The notes: generated from the letters alone by a model not told the origin. A stretch of DNA of 63,640 nucleotides, filler included, from Saprolegnia diclina VS20 (GCF_000281045.1; 7 parts of 4 records of this genome joined end to end with filler, not necessarily neighbours in it); one strand, 5' to 3'. Shown: positions 21,936 to 35,826, counted from the first letter of the whole stretch. A program made the numbers and translations.

Positions 21936-23547
21936 GCTGGAAAATGTTCAGCTTCCGGATACCGTGGACGGAATTTAACGTTTTTCGAAAAACGCATCTC
22001 GGCACGCGTTTTAATTTGACGTGCCACAGTTGTTGCCGCGAGAGGGTAGGAGTCGCACCTCGTACAAGTCTAACAACGTCCATGCTTCGTGAAGGAAATG
22101 CAGAATATTAGACCGGCAAAGCAGAGAAGCGGTCTATAGCATAGGTTTGGCGTGGAGGCTCGTTTTGTCGTTTTGAGACCATCGTCCCGGATAATCCATG
22201 CAGAAGCTTCGAAGATTTTGATATTATCAAAATTTTCGAGCTCTCACCAGAGAAAATATGCCTTCTCTCGCACGTTGATACGCGAACGTTTTATACTATT
22301 TCAGCAACGATTCGACCCCAACTCGGTTCATCCCGATTCGCGTTTTTTTACTTTAACGCACAAGTCTTCACGACGTCAAATTGTCATTAATATGCTTTTA
22401 ACGGACAGTACTCTGGGCTGCACAGTGGCCTGCACGTTTTAGCGGACAGGGAGCCGTCAAATTCTCTTTCATGGATTTTTATTTTCCTCTCCAGGAATAT
22501 AATGACTGGATATTGGTATGTATTATTTTGAATCGAGCATAAGCGACGCGTGAACAGAATTCAGCGGCTGCTTGTCCGCTAAAATGCTTGGCCAATCACA
22601 GGCCGAAGAAAATGAGAAAAGCGCAGAGTTTTGGCGAATGGGCGCAGAGAACAATGACCGCAGGCGGCGGGCTGCGCACATGAGTGAGCGCCGACAGCGG
22701 ACAGCTACAGCGGACGTACCGGTATTCGACTGCTAGAACTTTACGGTTGAGGGCGCCCACCACATGTGCACTGCAATGCCGTCCGTAAGAAGCTCGAGAG
22801 CAACCTCAGCGAGATCAAGAAGCACTAGTACTGCGCGAGGTCAACATTGGGTGCGCTGTGTTAATGAGCCGTCCTCGTTAAAGGAAGCCACGGACGGATG
22901 GACACGAAGCGCGCGTCTTCAATTAAGAATGTTTCCTTGCGTTTATTAGGATGTTATAGCGTCGACGCTCAGTGGTTACCGCGTCAACGCAGTGCGCTCG
23001 CGAGTTTCAACTGGGATCGTAAATTGCCCTGTCATCTCGGCTACGGTGATGGCATCAAGGAGGTGTACTAGCACACAGGTACACACACTTTCGAGCTCCT
23101 AATGAAAAGGATGATGTAGCGTGCGTCGGCATTCGGCGCTTGCTTGCCACGCAAGTCCAATCCTCGAGCAAGGTCCCCGTTTACCTTTGACGAGTACGAG
23201 AGCCTCGGCCGAGACAACCTCGCGCGCCTCTTCTTGACCATGTAGTGGGCCTTATGTGTCGATCCAAGTCGACGGAGACGGGATGCTTGGAACACCACTC
23301 GAGCGTAGGCGACTCTACGATAGCGAGCTGCCTCAATACTCCGCAACCATATTGCCACGTCACGGAGACTTTTTGGCCAATCAGATACCAGGGAATTTTA
23401 ACGGGTGGCCTGTCCGTCAAATTCCGATCACAATTCACTTTCATTTCGCTGTCGGAAGGATGTCTCATGGGGCGCTATGGCCGTTGCCGCCGACGTACGA
23501 CGAGGCGATAGCCGTAGAAGCATGACGGCGCCATGGCCTATCTCTCA

Positions 23548-23647
23548 NNNNNNNNNNNNNNNNNNNNNNNNNNNNNNNNNNNNNNNNNNNNTTAATTAAT
23601 TAANNNNNNNNNNNNNNNNNNNNNNNNNNNNNNNNNNNNNNNNNNNN
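23548..23647. other. Artificial contig-joining linker
   Basis: N44-TTAATTAATTAA-N44. Confidence 0.97.
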
Positions 23648-25003
23648 GTTCGCGGTCATGAACAGACCCGTGTTGCGGAGTTCCTTGGATGCGACCGAGG
23701 GCCGACCTGGAGCTGCAGCAACCACCGGTACACAGATAGCTATTTTGAACACGCGGGCTGAAGTCGTTGGCTTGGCGACCGACGCAAAATGTTGAGTGGT
23801 TCGATGTTGATGTTGATTGGATGACTCGTGGTGCCAACACTGGTCGTTCAGTTTTGTGTATATCTTTTGTGTTTTTTCAAGTAACGCCATAACAGCGTTC
23901 GATCAACTAGTTCTAGATAATATTTTGCTGATCGGTCATATTTTGGCTTAGTTAAGGTGACGATATTTCCACGGTCCTGCAGGGTCGAAGCGCGCTCCGG
24001 CTTGCTGTTTGCTCTGTGTTTGACGTATTTGTCACGCAAGTGTCTGTCGCTGGCAACGTTCAGTGTTCGCGCCGATGATGCTGCTTTTTAGCGCTCGGCA
24101 CAGAATGCACCTCGACAATTAGAGGCACGTCGTGCTCTCTGGTGGCCATTAAGAAGATGAGATCTCGCGGTCGCTTTTTCCCAGCCTCTACGAAATGCCG
24201 CCGCCTCCAGGCTCTCCACCACTGCGGCTAACCGTGTTGCATGCGGCGACAATTTTATGTGTTCGTCGGTATTCCGAGTTGTTCGGATGCGGGATCGGAC
24301 TGTTTTGCTCGAAACACACCCGACTTGCACTTCTCTGCCAGAGGGTCAGAGTCCAGGTGCCTGCGTACGACCTCGCGACCTCGCGCGAGCTATGACTCAG
24401 CGAATGGGGTCCTGGATGGATTTCTCCGTGCGCACCCAATGACTAAGTGCTTGTGCAAGCAATTTCATTAATCAAATGGACATGTTGGAACACCTCTCGA
24501 ACGCTCAATTTGCGCAGGACGCACGCGTACGAACGCGAATAAATGACAAACAACGTATTGATTAATGTTCATCTTTATGGTGGACCCGGGGCAATTACCG
24601 AGGTCTTGCGAAACCGCGTAGCCGCCGTTTGGGATGTTGGACACACTCAGCTGCGATGACGGCGGTGCATCCTAAGTTGTGCGGTAATGGCTCATATGGC
24701 TCATAGGGTAGCCCAGCGGAGCTACTAATCGAGCCACCCTCGTTAATATATTCGCACGTTCAACTTACGTCAAGGCAGGGTATTGGACGACAAAGTCTAT
24801 CTTTGCCATCTCTTCCAAGTCCTCCTGCCACTTAGGGATGTTCAAATCTTCGAGGTAGTCAGCGGTAAGCTTGAAGCCGACATCGTGAGCAAGACGCAGG
24901 TAAGATTGACAGCACGTTACGGCCTTGGACATTTTGTCGCCCATGCACTTGCGACCTTAGTAGCTGCTCTTCTGAAGGCACGGAATCGCGAGGTAGTCCA
25001 TTA

Positions 25004-25399
25004 TCATTTGAGGTCAGTCAAATCAAAAGAAATCGTTAGCAGGCCGATAACGTTTCCTTTGGATTTGACTGAACTCTTTTTTTGGTACATGACCGGAAAC
25101 TCGGCCTTGTGCGACCACCACTTCATGATGTGGGGTAGGAGGGCGTAGGGCGCGAGATCGTTGTCAGCAACGCCAGTCGACTCGACCCGGCCGAAAATAT
25201 CGATGACGTCGTCTTTGTTTTTGGTCTCGTCATCTTCCGTGACATCGATGAGGCTTGGGACAGCGGATAAGTAACCCGGGTGATGACGACTTTCGACCGG
25301 TTGAAAGTCGTCATCATCCATAACACGAGCAACCCTCGGGTCCATGAACTTGGCAATGATGGCGACGTTGTTGGGCAAGTCCGTTTGATGGTCAATCAT
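25004..25399 (-). mobile_element. hAT-family transposase remnant (C-terminal part)
   Basis: AKFMDPRV matches the hAT A..LDPR motif, and MKWWSHKAEFPVM matches the dimerisation-domain WW...FP.L motif. It is truncated and frame-disrupted. Confidence 0.6.
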
Positions 25400-26873
25400 A
25401 CGACGGTAAGGCTTGGACCCGCGGCTCGATCAGCTTATCCGGCTCATATCGGCACGGCCCGGCTTGACCCCGGTTCGGAGCTGGATCGAATAAATGGAGC
25501 CTGAGCCGGTCACTTTGTGGCTCAAGCCGCGGCTCAGCTGTTGGAGCCGAGCCGCAGTGACCCATACGCGCGCCAACGAGGACAAGCCCGCGAAAGCCGC
25601 ACGCCAGGAGAGCAATCGCAAGAGCCATGCAAAGGCGCACGCCATCTAGTACACCCAAGACAGCGCGCCTCGAGAAAGAGCTATAAGTTCGCGCCGCTGC
25701 GCTCACGCTCATCGACACCTCCAATGACAGCAGCGGCACCTCGCACGGTGGGGCAGTTTCGCCGGCGCTGTCAAGGACGAGTGGCTCGGCAAGGCCATTC
25801 TCCTCAAGGACTGCGAATTTGAGCAGTTCTTGAGCCACAACCTCAAAAGCTGCGGCAAGACGTCCATATCTGTCGGTCCTCCGTTCCGTTGAAGAAGTAT
25901 GTCTACTGCAATGGCACGATCGATCTACGGCTGCGTAGCCGTCGACACTTGTGGACATAAAATAAGTGTTTGACGAAAGTATTTTGTGAACACCAAAGCA
26001 GTCCGATATACATTCCTACCAGACCCCTGGACGTCAACCTTGTAATGTACCGCCGTACCAGCCGCTCGATTGTTCATACTTCGCCATCCGCAAGGGCGAT
26101 GGGCGGACCTTTGGATTCTAGCGTAATTAGTAATATGCAAGGAGCTCCGAGTTGGGATTTTCAGGCCTGCTGATCTTGTTCATCGAGTCCTGTTTTGTGA
26201 CCCGCCTACCCAAGTTTCCTGGCAGGCCAGACAAGGAGAGCTGGGATCAGACTTCAATCAAGAAAACTAGAGCTATTTACTCGGCATTTTCTGTATCGAG
26301 ATGCGCTCGTGAGAGCCGTGCCGGGGATTTCGAGGTCGTCTCTGTCCCCATTTCTGCTGCTTTCGAGCTCTTTGTCACCTTCGTTTGCGGGTGTTGTCTG
26401 GTGAAGTCTGTGAGCGCCTTGCCAATAGCTGGACCGCGCCACTCTACTGTGCAGTGCACCTCCTTTTGCCTTGGTAAGAGCGGCTTTTGGGCGGTGCGCG
26501 TTTGGGTGCTTGGGCTGCATACTGTCCCTCGACTACCAGCACGCTTTGTCTGGACATGTGCCACTGCACCAGACTAGATTGCCGTACATGGAGACTCTTG
26601 CGAACAGGCTCAACGCAAAAGGTGAGCACTGAAGTTGGGCCGCCGATCGAGCGCGCAAGAACGTGGTGCAGAGAAGCTCAAACTGCAATCGAGGACTGTT
26701 TTCGAATTTGGGATCATGCCACCGCGTGCGATGCCATCGAGAGCGGCGCGTTCGCGCTCCGTATTGAAGCATCGATCACAACAGTACCTATGCCTTCTCA
26801 TTGCAAAGTGGGAAGGATACCCGATCCGAACGACGTTTCGAGATCTTTCGGCATTTTCAATTTGAAGCGACGC

Positions 26874-29106
26874 ATGCCACCCAAGCCAAAGGCTTCGTCG
26901 CCGACGAAAAAGAAGGCCAAAGAGGCCAAGACGTTGGATGCGATTGCCTCGGATGCACCCAAGGGCGACGTGCCGGCACAAGCCACCGAACCCGACGACG
27001 CCGACATTTACCACGAGCCAGTACGCAGCCGCGTTTGATGACCAACGACGATACGTGGGCGTAGGTCAAGAAGATTGTGATCCCAGACAACCAGCTACGC
27101 CTCAACGAGCAAGAGCTCAAGGAAGAGTTCTCGCGGTATGTCATCATGAGTCGATCATCGTCGAGTGCCCACGGATACCCCCAGAGTCCTCACGGCCAAC
27201 GACCCGAACGTGCCCAATAACATTACCAAGTACAACTACAAGGAGCGCATGTACAAAGTGGACCCCCCGGGACCCGGCGACAACTTGCATCTGCACCTCG
27301 CGCTCGAAGGCTCCATGATCCACAAGGAGTCGGAAGACGCCAAGGCGCAAGCGGCGTACGACATGAAAAAGGCCGAGGAAGAGAAGGAAGCACGGGACGC
27401 TGCGATTAAGATTGCCAAGGAAGAGGCCGAGGCCAAAGGTGAAAAGCTAGACGAGACGGCGCTCCAGTTTGAGTCGGGGAAGAATCAGTTCAACTACAGT
27501 GAGCGGGCAGCTCAGACGTACACGAACCCACTGCGGCAGCGGTCGGTGGAGACAGAGCCGCCACCCGTACTCAACTACATGGCCACCGTGACGCAGGTAG
27601 TATCGAAGCGAATTCTTTTGTCTCAGTTGCATTTAGTGGGATATCTACGACACGTACATGGATGCGTACGAGCAGCACCAGCGCGAGCAAATTCAGCTCC
27701 AAAAAGCGGCCCAAAAGAAGGAAAAGGAGGAGAAGGACGGTGGTGACGTCGCCGTGGCCGCCACTGCGGCGGTTGCCAGCACGGGCGGCGCCAAAAACAA
27801 GGACGACGACATGGTCCATAGCGCCGCGATGGGCAAGATTCTCCGCGTCATCGAGCGCATGGTCAACCAGAACGCCGAGGACGAGATCTTTCAAGATTTC
27901 AAGTACTGGGAGGACGCGTCCGATGCTTTCCGCGAAGGCGAGGGCTCCCTCCTCCCTCTCTGGCGCTTTGCGTCCGACCGTGCAAAGAAGAAGCAAGTGA
28001 CGGCCGTGTGCTGGAACCCATGCTTCTCAGACCTCTTTGCTGTCGGGTACGGCTCGTACGACTTTTTGAAGCAGGGTTCGGGCCTCGTGTGTTGCTATAC
28101 CCTCAAAAACACATCGCACCCCGAGTTCATCTTTGCGACCGAGTCGGGTGTCATGTGCCTCGACTTTCATCCGCAGCAGCCGGCGCTTCTGGCCGTTGGC
28201 TGCTACGACGGCACGGTGCTTGTCTACGACGTCCGTAACAAGGTGAACCGGCCCATCTACACGTCGACCATCAAGACAGGCAAGCACACCGATCCCGTGT
28301 GGCAGGTCAATTGGCAGGAAGAAGACCTCGCGAAGGAGCTCAATTTCTTCTCCATCTCATCCGACGGCCGCGTCGCCAACTGGATCATGAGCAAGAACGA
28401 GCTCAAGATGGAGCCGGTGATGCAGCTCAAGCTCGTCAACACGGTCAAAGACGACCCGGAGGAAACGTCGCTCTCGGGGTTGGCGGGCGGCTGCTGCTTT
28501 GACTTTAACCGCTTCAGCGAACACCTTTTCATCGTCGGGACGGAGGAGGGCAAGATTCACAAGTGTTCCAAGGCCTACTCGGGCCAGTATCTCGAAACGT
28601 ATGCGGGCCACCACATGGCAGTCTACGCCGTGCGTTGGAACCCGTTCCACGACCGCTGCTTCCTCTCGTGCTCGGCCGATTGGACCGTGAAGCTCTGGGA
28701 CCACAGCCTTCCGGACCCGATCATGTCGTTCGATCTTGGCAACTCAGTTGGCGACGTGGCCTGGGCGCCGTACTCGTCTACGGTGTTCGCCGCCGTCACG
28801 AGCGACGGCAAGGTTCACGTCTTTGACCTAGCCGAGAACAAGAACGAGCCGCTCTGCGAGCAAAAGGTGGTCAAGCGCGCCAAGCTTACGCATGTGACCT
28901 TCAACACGCGCGAGAGCATCGTGCTGGTCGGCGACGACCGCGGCGGTGTTAACTCGCTCAAGTTGTCGCCCAATTTGCGCAAGATCGCAGTCGTTGACGG
29001 AGAAGACGTCGCGACGGCCCTTCCTCTCAAGCTCACGAAAGACCGATTGCACACCGAGCACGAAAAGGTCGAGAAGCTTCTGAACACCAACGACAACAAG
29101 GCCTGA
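26874..29106 (+). CDS. DNAI1: Axonemal outer-arm dynein intermediate chain 1 (IC78 type), WD40
   Basis: NQFNYSERAAQT...ETEPPP, WDIYDTY, IERMVNQN, LLPLWRF, KHTDPVWQV and WD40 repeats; three short introns at ~27021, ~27137 and ~27597. Confidence 0.9.
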
Positions 29107-29233
29107 ATGAGCACGTCATCGTCGCCAGCACTTGTACATAATTCCGAACAGATAGTCTCGCTTGGATAATTCGATTTGGACAAGAACTCTTTCCTGTACA
29201 CGAAAATATTTTAAATAAGAAGCGGCAGCACGG

Positions 29234-31657
29234 CTACTCAGCAAAATGCTCGTCTCCGTAGTCGGCGCCGTCCTCGTCCGCGTTCTGTCCGTCGTCAAAG
29301 CCGTCGTCTGCGTACGCGATCTCCAAGTGCTCGTCTTGAAACTCGGCGTGGTAAACATCGTCATGAGGATCTTCCCGCGGCGTGTCGTCCTCGTAGTCGT
29401 CGCCGCCTTCGTAGTCATCGCCTTGACCATCTCCGCTCAGTTGCTGGGCTGCAGTGACGGCTGCTGCGGTGGCCGGCGACTCGCTGCTGTCCTCATCGTC
29501 GCTGTAGGCATATCCGACATCGTCGACGGGTGCTGGCATCGTGTTGCTGTCATCTGGTCCTTCTCGAAAGCTGACGTCCTCGCCTGTGATATTTGACGGT
29601 ACGTCATAAGGCTTTTTCGTCTCGGTCGGGCTGTCTTGGTTCGTCTCCTTGGTCAAAGGGTAATCGTCGTTGTTTGTATGTACATTGCTGTTGTCCAGAT
29701 CATCATCGTAGACGTCAGCTTCGTCATCGGCTGGTTCGAGCTGCTTGCGGCCTGCAACCTCTGCAGACACCGGCTCTGAAGGTTCTTCGTCGTAGTAGCT
29801 GGACTCTTCGTCACCAGCGGCCGCAATCTCTGGTGCCGTGGCACCTCCGGTAGGCTCATCACCATCGTCATATAGATCGTCTTGGTGGTCCATGCTCGGT
29901 GACTGGTACCCTGCGCCTCCATCACCCACAGGCGCGATGCCAGGCCCTATCATACAGCCCTGTGAGCTTTACGCTGATGTGTTCAAAGCCCTAAGGCACA
30001 ATTGCCACCTGGCTGCGTGCTGAGTATTTCTCCTGCGCCGTCAGTGGTGTCATTGACCTCGTCGTACTCCCTGTCGAGCGTGGTAGTGGACACCGCCGTA
30101 GTAGCGTCTGCGTTGGAGCTGCTCGCATCCTCTTCAAACTGGACGGTCTTTTCGTCCGGCGAGATGGGTGGTTTCGTAGGCGATGTGCGCTCAACGACCA
30201 CGTGGTGCAACCCCGCTGTCAGTATAGCAGTCGCGAGGGTTTGCGCGACACCTTTCAGCGCCGCGGGCTTGACATCGTCAAGATCAACCGGGACGCTTGG
30301 CGGTGCCGTGTCAGCAGAGTCCAGCAGCTCCAAGGTGTTGTCGTCGTGTCTGTCAACCGTGCTAAGTGTATCGGCATTGTCTGACTTCAGAGCGTTGGGA
30401 GCGCCTTGCGCAGCCTCGCCGTGCAGCACGTGGTCGACGGCAGTCAAAAGCGCAGCTTCGGCAACAACCGATGCGAGGGCGGCCGCTGTGGTGCCGCTGA
30501 TCGGAACACCTGGTATGCTTGTGACGTCCGTCGCCGTGGCTTCGTTTGCAGCGTCTTCGTCACCGTGTGCTGAGCACGAACCTGTTGCTTTCTGGGCTGC
30601 GCCAGATGGCTCATACTCCAATATGTCTGTCGATGACGGCTCGGGAGCCGCGGCTGTGAGCGCACTGAGCGCTTTTCCATCCATCGCGGCAGCAGGAAAA
30701 GTTGCGTTGCACGGTGGCTCTGACGACGCATCGCTCTCGGCAGTCGCGTCACTTTGGGCCGGCGTCACGCAAACTTCAACGAACTCGGAAATGCCCGCGC
30801 ACTCGAACGGCGTGGAAGGGGATGCTGAAAGTATTTGAGTCTCCTCAGTGGCTTGTGCTTCGCTTGGCGATGGTATTCGGCTACTGTGTTGACCGTCGTT
30901 GTCGGTTGTTGCGCCAATGATCCGAATGGTTGCGCTGCTGCTGGATTCCAGAAGCAGCGGTACTGCATCGCTGGCGTCGGGCTGCTCGAATGTCAACGAT
31001 GGCGTCTTTTGGCTAGGCTCGGGTTCGGGCACGATCTCTTCACCTTGCGAGGGCACAACCTTGTTGCGGCGGGAACCTTTCCGCGACGAAGCCTTCTTGA
31101 CGTGGATGGCGTTGCCGTCGACCTTGGTTTCGATCTCTCGCTCGCTCTTGCTGAGCTTGTGCTCCTTGCTCTTGACAAACTTGAGCCTCTACAAAATCGC
31201 GATTGCACACAAAGTCGACCAGCGCCCTCGTCCGCACCCATTTGTTGCCCTTCTTCGGGTCCTTTTGCTTGAGCGTGGGCTTGACCGTCTGCAGGCGCCG
31301 CAGCATGGCCTGGTTCTCCATATAAATTCGCTCTTGCTCTCGCTTGCGCTGGCCGTCGTGCAGCGACTTCTTGGGCGCTTTCTCATCGTCACCGCCCTTG
31401 GCCGTCGTCAGTGCGATCGTCGCAATACGCTCGAGGAGCCGCCGGTTCTCGACTTCGATGGCGTCGAGGCGGTCTTCCTTGAGCTGGCTCTTCTTGGACG
31501 TGCTGCTGCCGCCCATGGCCGCGGTCTTGGGGACAGCGTTGTCGATGAAGGGCGTCATGTGGTTCATGCGCGAGAGGTGGCCCTCGAGGTTCTTGTGCAC
31601 CTCGCGGTGCCACATGGTCTCGCTTGCATGCGGCTCGGCCTTCCGCGCGCGGTCCAT
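29234..31657 (-). CDS. CFAP97/hemingway (KIAA1430)-domain protein with long acidic low-complexity tail
   Basis: N-terminal IDNAVPK...KKSQLKEDRLDAIEVENRRLLERI...IYMENQAMLRRL. Short introns join it to the acidic ORFs 29983-31056 and 29234-29953. Confidence 0.7.
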
Positions 31658-31789
31658 CCGACTCGGTCACCGCAGCGGTTTCTGCCGCGAGAAACGTCAC
31701 TGGCCAAGGTATTTCGGTCGATTTCGGGTCGTCTCTCTGTCTGAGATTCAACATGCAGCAATCCATCAAGCGAACATGTATGACGTGTC

Positions 31790-32348
31790 TTAGTATAGGT
31801 AGACGCTGTAGGCAGTGGCGACGCAGAACAGAGTATCCTGCCCACGGGCATGAGCTACCTTTAATCACAGCGTTGAACGTACATTGGTGTACGTCTCGGT
31901 GGCGTAGCAGTCGGTCTCGGCGTCCCAGAAGCAGCGGCACCCCATGCTACGCAATCGTTCACACCAGCGTTTACTGCAGCAGGCTACCGGACGCCCTCGC
32001 CGCGCTGTTCGCCAATGACGACCTGCACGAGGTACTTGCACCGAGGAAATTCGCAGGCTATATCCACAGTACGCATAGACTTACTTACGCGGCGCCTCGA
32101 ACCTTTGAGCTGGGCCTTGACGGCGTCGGCAATCTCCTTTGTGAGCTGCGACGCACGCTCCGACTGGTACGGTACGTTCTCGAGCTTCTCGGCCAGCACA
32201 GCCGAAATGATTTGCTTCATTTTGGTGGTCGTGGGCCTACGCACGCATCATCAGCGACACCATTGAGTGCCAGCCGATCACACTTGTTCTTGTAGCTCGG
32301 GCGCAGCGAGATCGCGGACGCCGCTGTCACCTTGGTTGTCGCTGGCAT
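31790..32348 (-). CDS. Tctex-1 family dynein light chain (TCTEX1D2-like), multi-exon
   Basis: KYLVQVVIGEQRGEGVR/MGCRCFWDAETD and ...FCVATAYSVYLY* across introns. Confidence 0.85.
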
Positions 32349-32654
32349 CGTCCGCGTCGCTTCGAAAATAAGATACGGGACTCATTTACTGTGGCAAATG
32401 CCGAATGTAGCGCAATATTTAAACGTCCGCGGCTCGGCTGCTGTTCCGGCGGGCAGCATACCGTTGCGATGCTAACAACAGCAGTGATTATGCTTGCGTT
32501 GTCAACGCGCAACTTGGGGCGTACTTGAAATGCGCTTGAAACGCGCTTCAGAACACGACTATGGACTAAACCGAGCTCTAAGGAGGCAAATGCCGAAACT
32601 AAGGCGTGAAAACCACTTGTCGCAGTGTGCCAAATCAACCGTCTGCAAGCGTCG

Positions 32655-33292
32655 ATGGGTCTTCGCAGCCGCCAGCGCCGCCTTGCCGGCATCACCAGAG
32701 AGTCTTCTCTCGAGGCGTTCGACGAGCAAGTCAAGACGACGCTGCAAGGTACGCTCCATGCCATAGCCTCTTCTACGCACGTCGCTCACGCATCTTGGGC
32801 GTAGAGCACCTCGCGCACTCACAGAACGACGTCGCCGCCTTCAACCTTCTGTGGAAGGTACAGACATAGACCTCCTGCAGCGCACGATGGCTCATGTGTG
32901 TCCAGGGCTTCCTTGGCAAGCTCGGATACGCGCTTGTGGGTTTCGAGATCCTCTCCGTGTGGTATGCCATCTCAACGACCAGCATCCTGGGCCTGGCGCT
33001 CATTGCCGCGACCAAGATTGCATCCTGCACCGCCATCCTCCTCACCAAGACGTACGTGACAGAAGGCGACCAATATGCACCTGCCCAGACGCTCTCGGTC
33101 GGCCTCGCGCTTCTCTGGGGCGTGTCGGGGCTCTTTGGCGCAGATGATGCGTTGCGCCGCAGCACGGTACCGCTCTCGGCCATCTACTTTTCGGGCGTCG
33201 CAGCGTCGGTGTGGTTTATGGGCAGCAACACAAAGGCGGAAGTCGCTCGCGCCAAGCAGCTCGCCAAGCTCGAAACTGTGTTTCGTCAATAA
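32655..33292 (+). CDS. Small uncharacterised multi-pass membrane protein
   Basis: ATG 32655, two GT-AG introns, and a final exon with about 4 hydrophobic helices. Confidence 0.6.
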
Positions 33293-33308
33293 GAACCCTC
33301 GTCGTCGT

Positions 33309-35487
33309 TTACCGGTAGCCGCCGCGGCCACGGCCTCGCCCGCGCCCGCCGCCGTTGCTACGATTGTTGTTGTTGTTGTTGTTGTAGCCTCCGCGGTTGT
33401 CGTTGGAGCTTTCGTGCTCTTCGTCGTCCTTGGAGATTGCCGACTCTTTCGGGACGCGGCCCTCGGGTTCGTTGCACACTTGGTTTTCGCCCAGAAACGT
33501 GTTGAGTCGCGCGAGGCTCGCAGCCGCGCCCGACTTGGCATCCCGCGAAAGATTGGGCAGCACATCGCGCTGGATGAGCTCCAACAGCTTTTGGAACTGC
33601 CGCTTGTACTGTGTCAGGAGCGCGAACCCTGCCGTCTAGTAGCACACAGTCGCATTGATTCAGCAATCGTAGAAGAGAGTCGTACCTCGAGCAGCGCGAG
33701 AATGGTCATGGCCGTGTACATGTGCACCTGGCCGTTCACGAGCCGTGCGAGCCAGGCCCAGAGGTCGTCAAAAGTCAAGCCCTTGGGTTGCGGACTGCCG
33801 TCGTACGGTGTAGTCTACCAACCGCAGTGATTCCAGAGTCTCCGAAGCACTCGAGTTGACCTGCATCGTCGCCGCCAAGAGCGAGATCGCCATGGTCATG
33901 CGCATCTGATACTTTTCTGCTTGTTCAGGCGCGTTGCGTTCGTCATCCCACTCCATGCCGGACGTCGCGAGGTACTCCTGAGGACTCTGGTCCGGACGCC
34001 GCCCTGGGCAGAACGGCACCGTAAACGGACACATCTACCGCGATATTCCGAGCAAGTCCAACAGCACAAGAGGTATTACCTGGTTGAGGTGCGCGACAAA
34101 GATGTCGGCAAGCTCCGGCGTGTGCACGCTGCACATGGCCGCAACATGGGCGAGCGGGAAGCACGATCTATGTACATGTAGCCTGCTGTTGAAGTGACAT
34201 ATGCCTACCGAATTTCGGTGAGGACTTTGACTTGGGACGTGAGGCGCCCCGCCAAAATGTCGAGGGAAAAATTGAGGTACTCGGGACCCGCAGCCCGGGC
34301 CTCCTACGCCGCGCATGTCATTTTACTTCGCAAAGGGGACAACGACGCACTGAGAGCACTTTGCAGAGCTTGGTGACGACAAGCTTGATCGATTTGGGCG
34401 TGTTGGCCACTTGGTTGCACGCTTCACCAATCTACTCGATGCTCTTAGCTTCCCACGCACAAGGGCTCAGTCCGCACCTGCTTTTTGACGTCCATGCGAA
34501 TCTTCTTGACGCGCGGGTCCGCCGAGTTGAGGATGGGTTCACTTGCGGCATGCACAGCCTTCAAATGCTTCAGCCGCGCCTCGCTCTCGAGCACATGAGC
34601 CTCCTTGGCTGCCGGCGCGCTGGCTTTCTGCGCGGTGTCGGCTTTGGCTTTGGCGGCCTTGGCTTCGGCCGCAGCCTTGGCCTTGGCCGCCTCCGCGTCC
34701 TCGTTTGCCTTGGCCTCTGCGCTCGCCTTTGCCTCCTTCTCGTTGGCTTCGGCTTTGGCTGCCTCTTCATTCGCTTCGGCCTCTGCCTCGGCTTCCTTCT
34801 CAGCTTTGGCCTTGGCCTTGGCCGCTGCTTCGTCCTCTTTGGCTTTGCGCGCCTCCTCGGCAGCGCGTTCGGCCGCCAACGCCTTCTCTTTCGCCTCCTT
34901 CTCGGCCTGGACCTTGCGCTTCCAAGCTTCAACGCTGGCTTCGACACCAGAGAGATCCGCGGTCCGCGCCTGCAGTGTCTTGGCCATTTCTGCCCTCGCC
35001 TTTGCTCGCAACATCTCGTCCTGGAAGGGCTGTTAGATGCACACAAGGACATGTATCACGTTCATACCTTGCGTGCGAGATCGGCCGCAGTCTTGATGTG
35101 ACACGAACCAAGCAAGCGCGTGAGCTCCTTTGCGTCGTTGAGCTCGTCAGACGACTCGTGCGTAAGCTGAGCAGACAATGCGTCGTAGCTGCTGCTCGCA
35201 TGCGCCCGCTGGTACGCGCTGCGCTCACACGTAGTTGTGATATGCTTGGCGAAGATAGCGCCACCTACATTGATGGCTGTGATATCGTACGCGCTCCGCG
35301 CCGCGTCACTTGTCCTACCTTGCTCGTCGTCGTTTGAAGATAGCGCGTTGCTGCGAAGGAGCTCAGGCTGTCTTGATGGGTCTAGCGCCGGTAGAAAAGG
35401 CGCATGGCCATAGGCGAGTACTGACTGCGTCGAGAAACCGCGCGTATCATCGTCGTCCTCGAAGCTTGGCGCACGAACTCGACCCAT
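33309..35487 (-). CDS. GLE1: mRNA export factor GLE1
   Basis: An A/E/K-rich coiled coil precedes the GLE1 domain (CPFTVP, WAWLARLVN, AGFALLTQYKRQFQKLL); multi-exon. Confidence 0.82.
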
Positions 35488-35826
35488 TCTGTCTCCTTGC
35501 GCCACCAAAATGCAAAAATATAACTTCGGACTACGGACCGAACTTCGAAGCCCAAGTGGCACTAGGAGAGCATCTTATTGCTGGGTTCAACAGAACTCGA
35601 CAACGGCAGCTCAATTCGTTGCGTACCGAGGTACACGCCGAGTGCTTTCAGCCCATGTGCTTGGCTCTTCCGAGCCAAAGGTCATCGAGCGAATGGCGTT
35701 GCACAGTCTCTCGAGCGGAAGGAAGCGCGAAGTCGATCCCGCCGTTTCGATCCAGCAAGATACTGACAAGCAATGATTTGGTTGGTGGGTTGCTGCACGA
35801 GCAATCAATTCGATTTGTGTGGTGAG

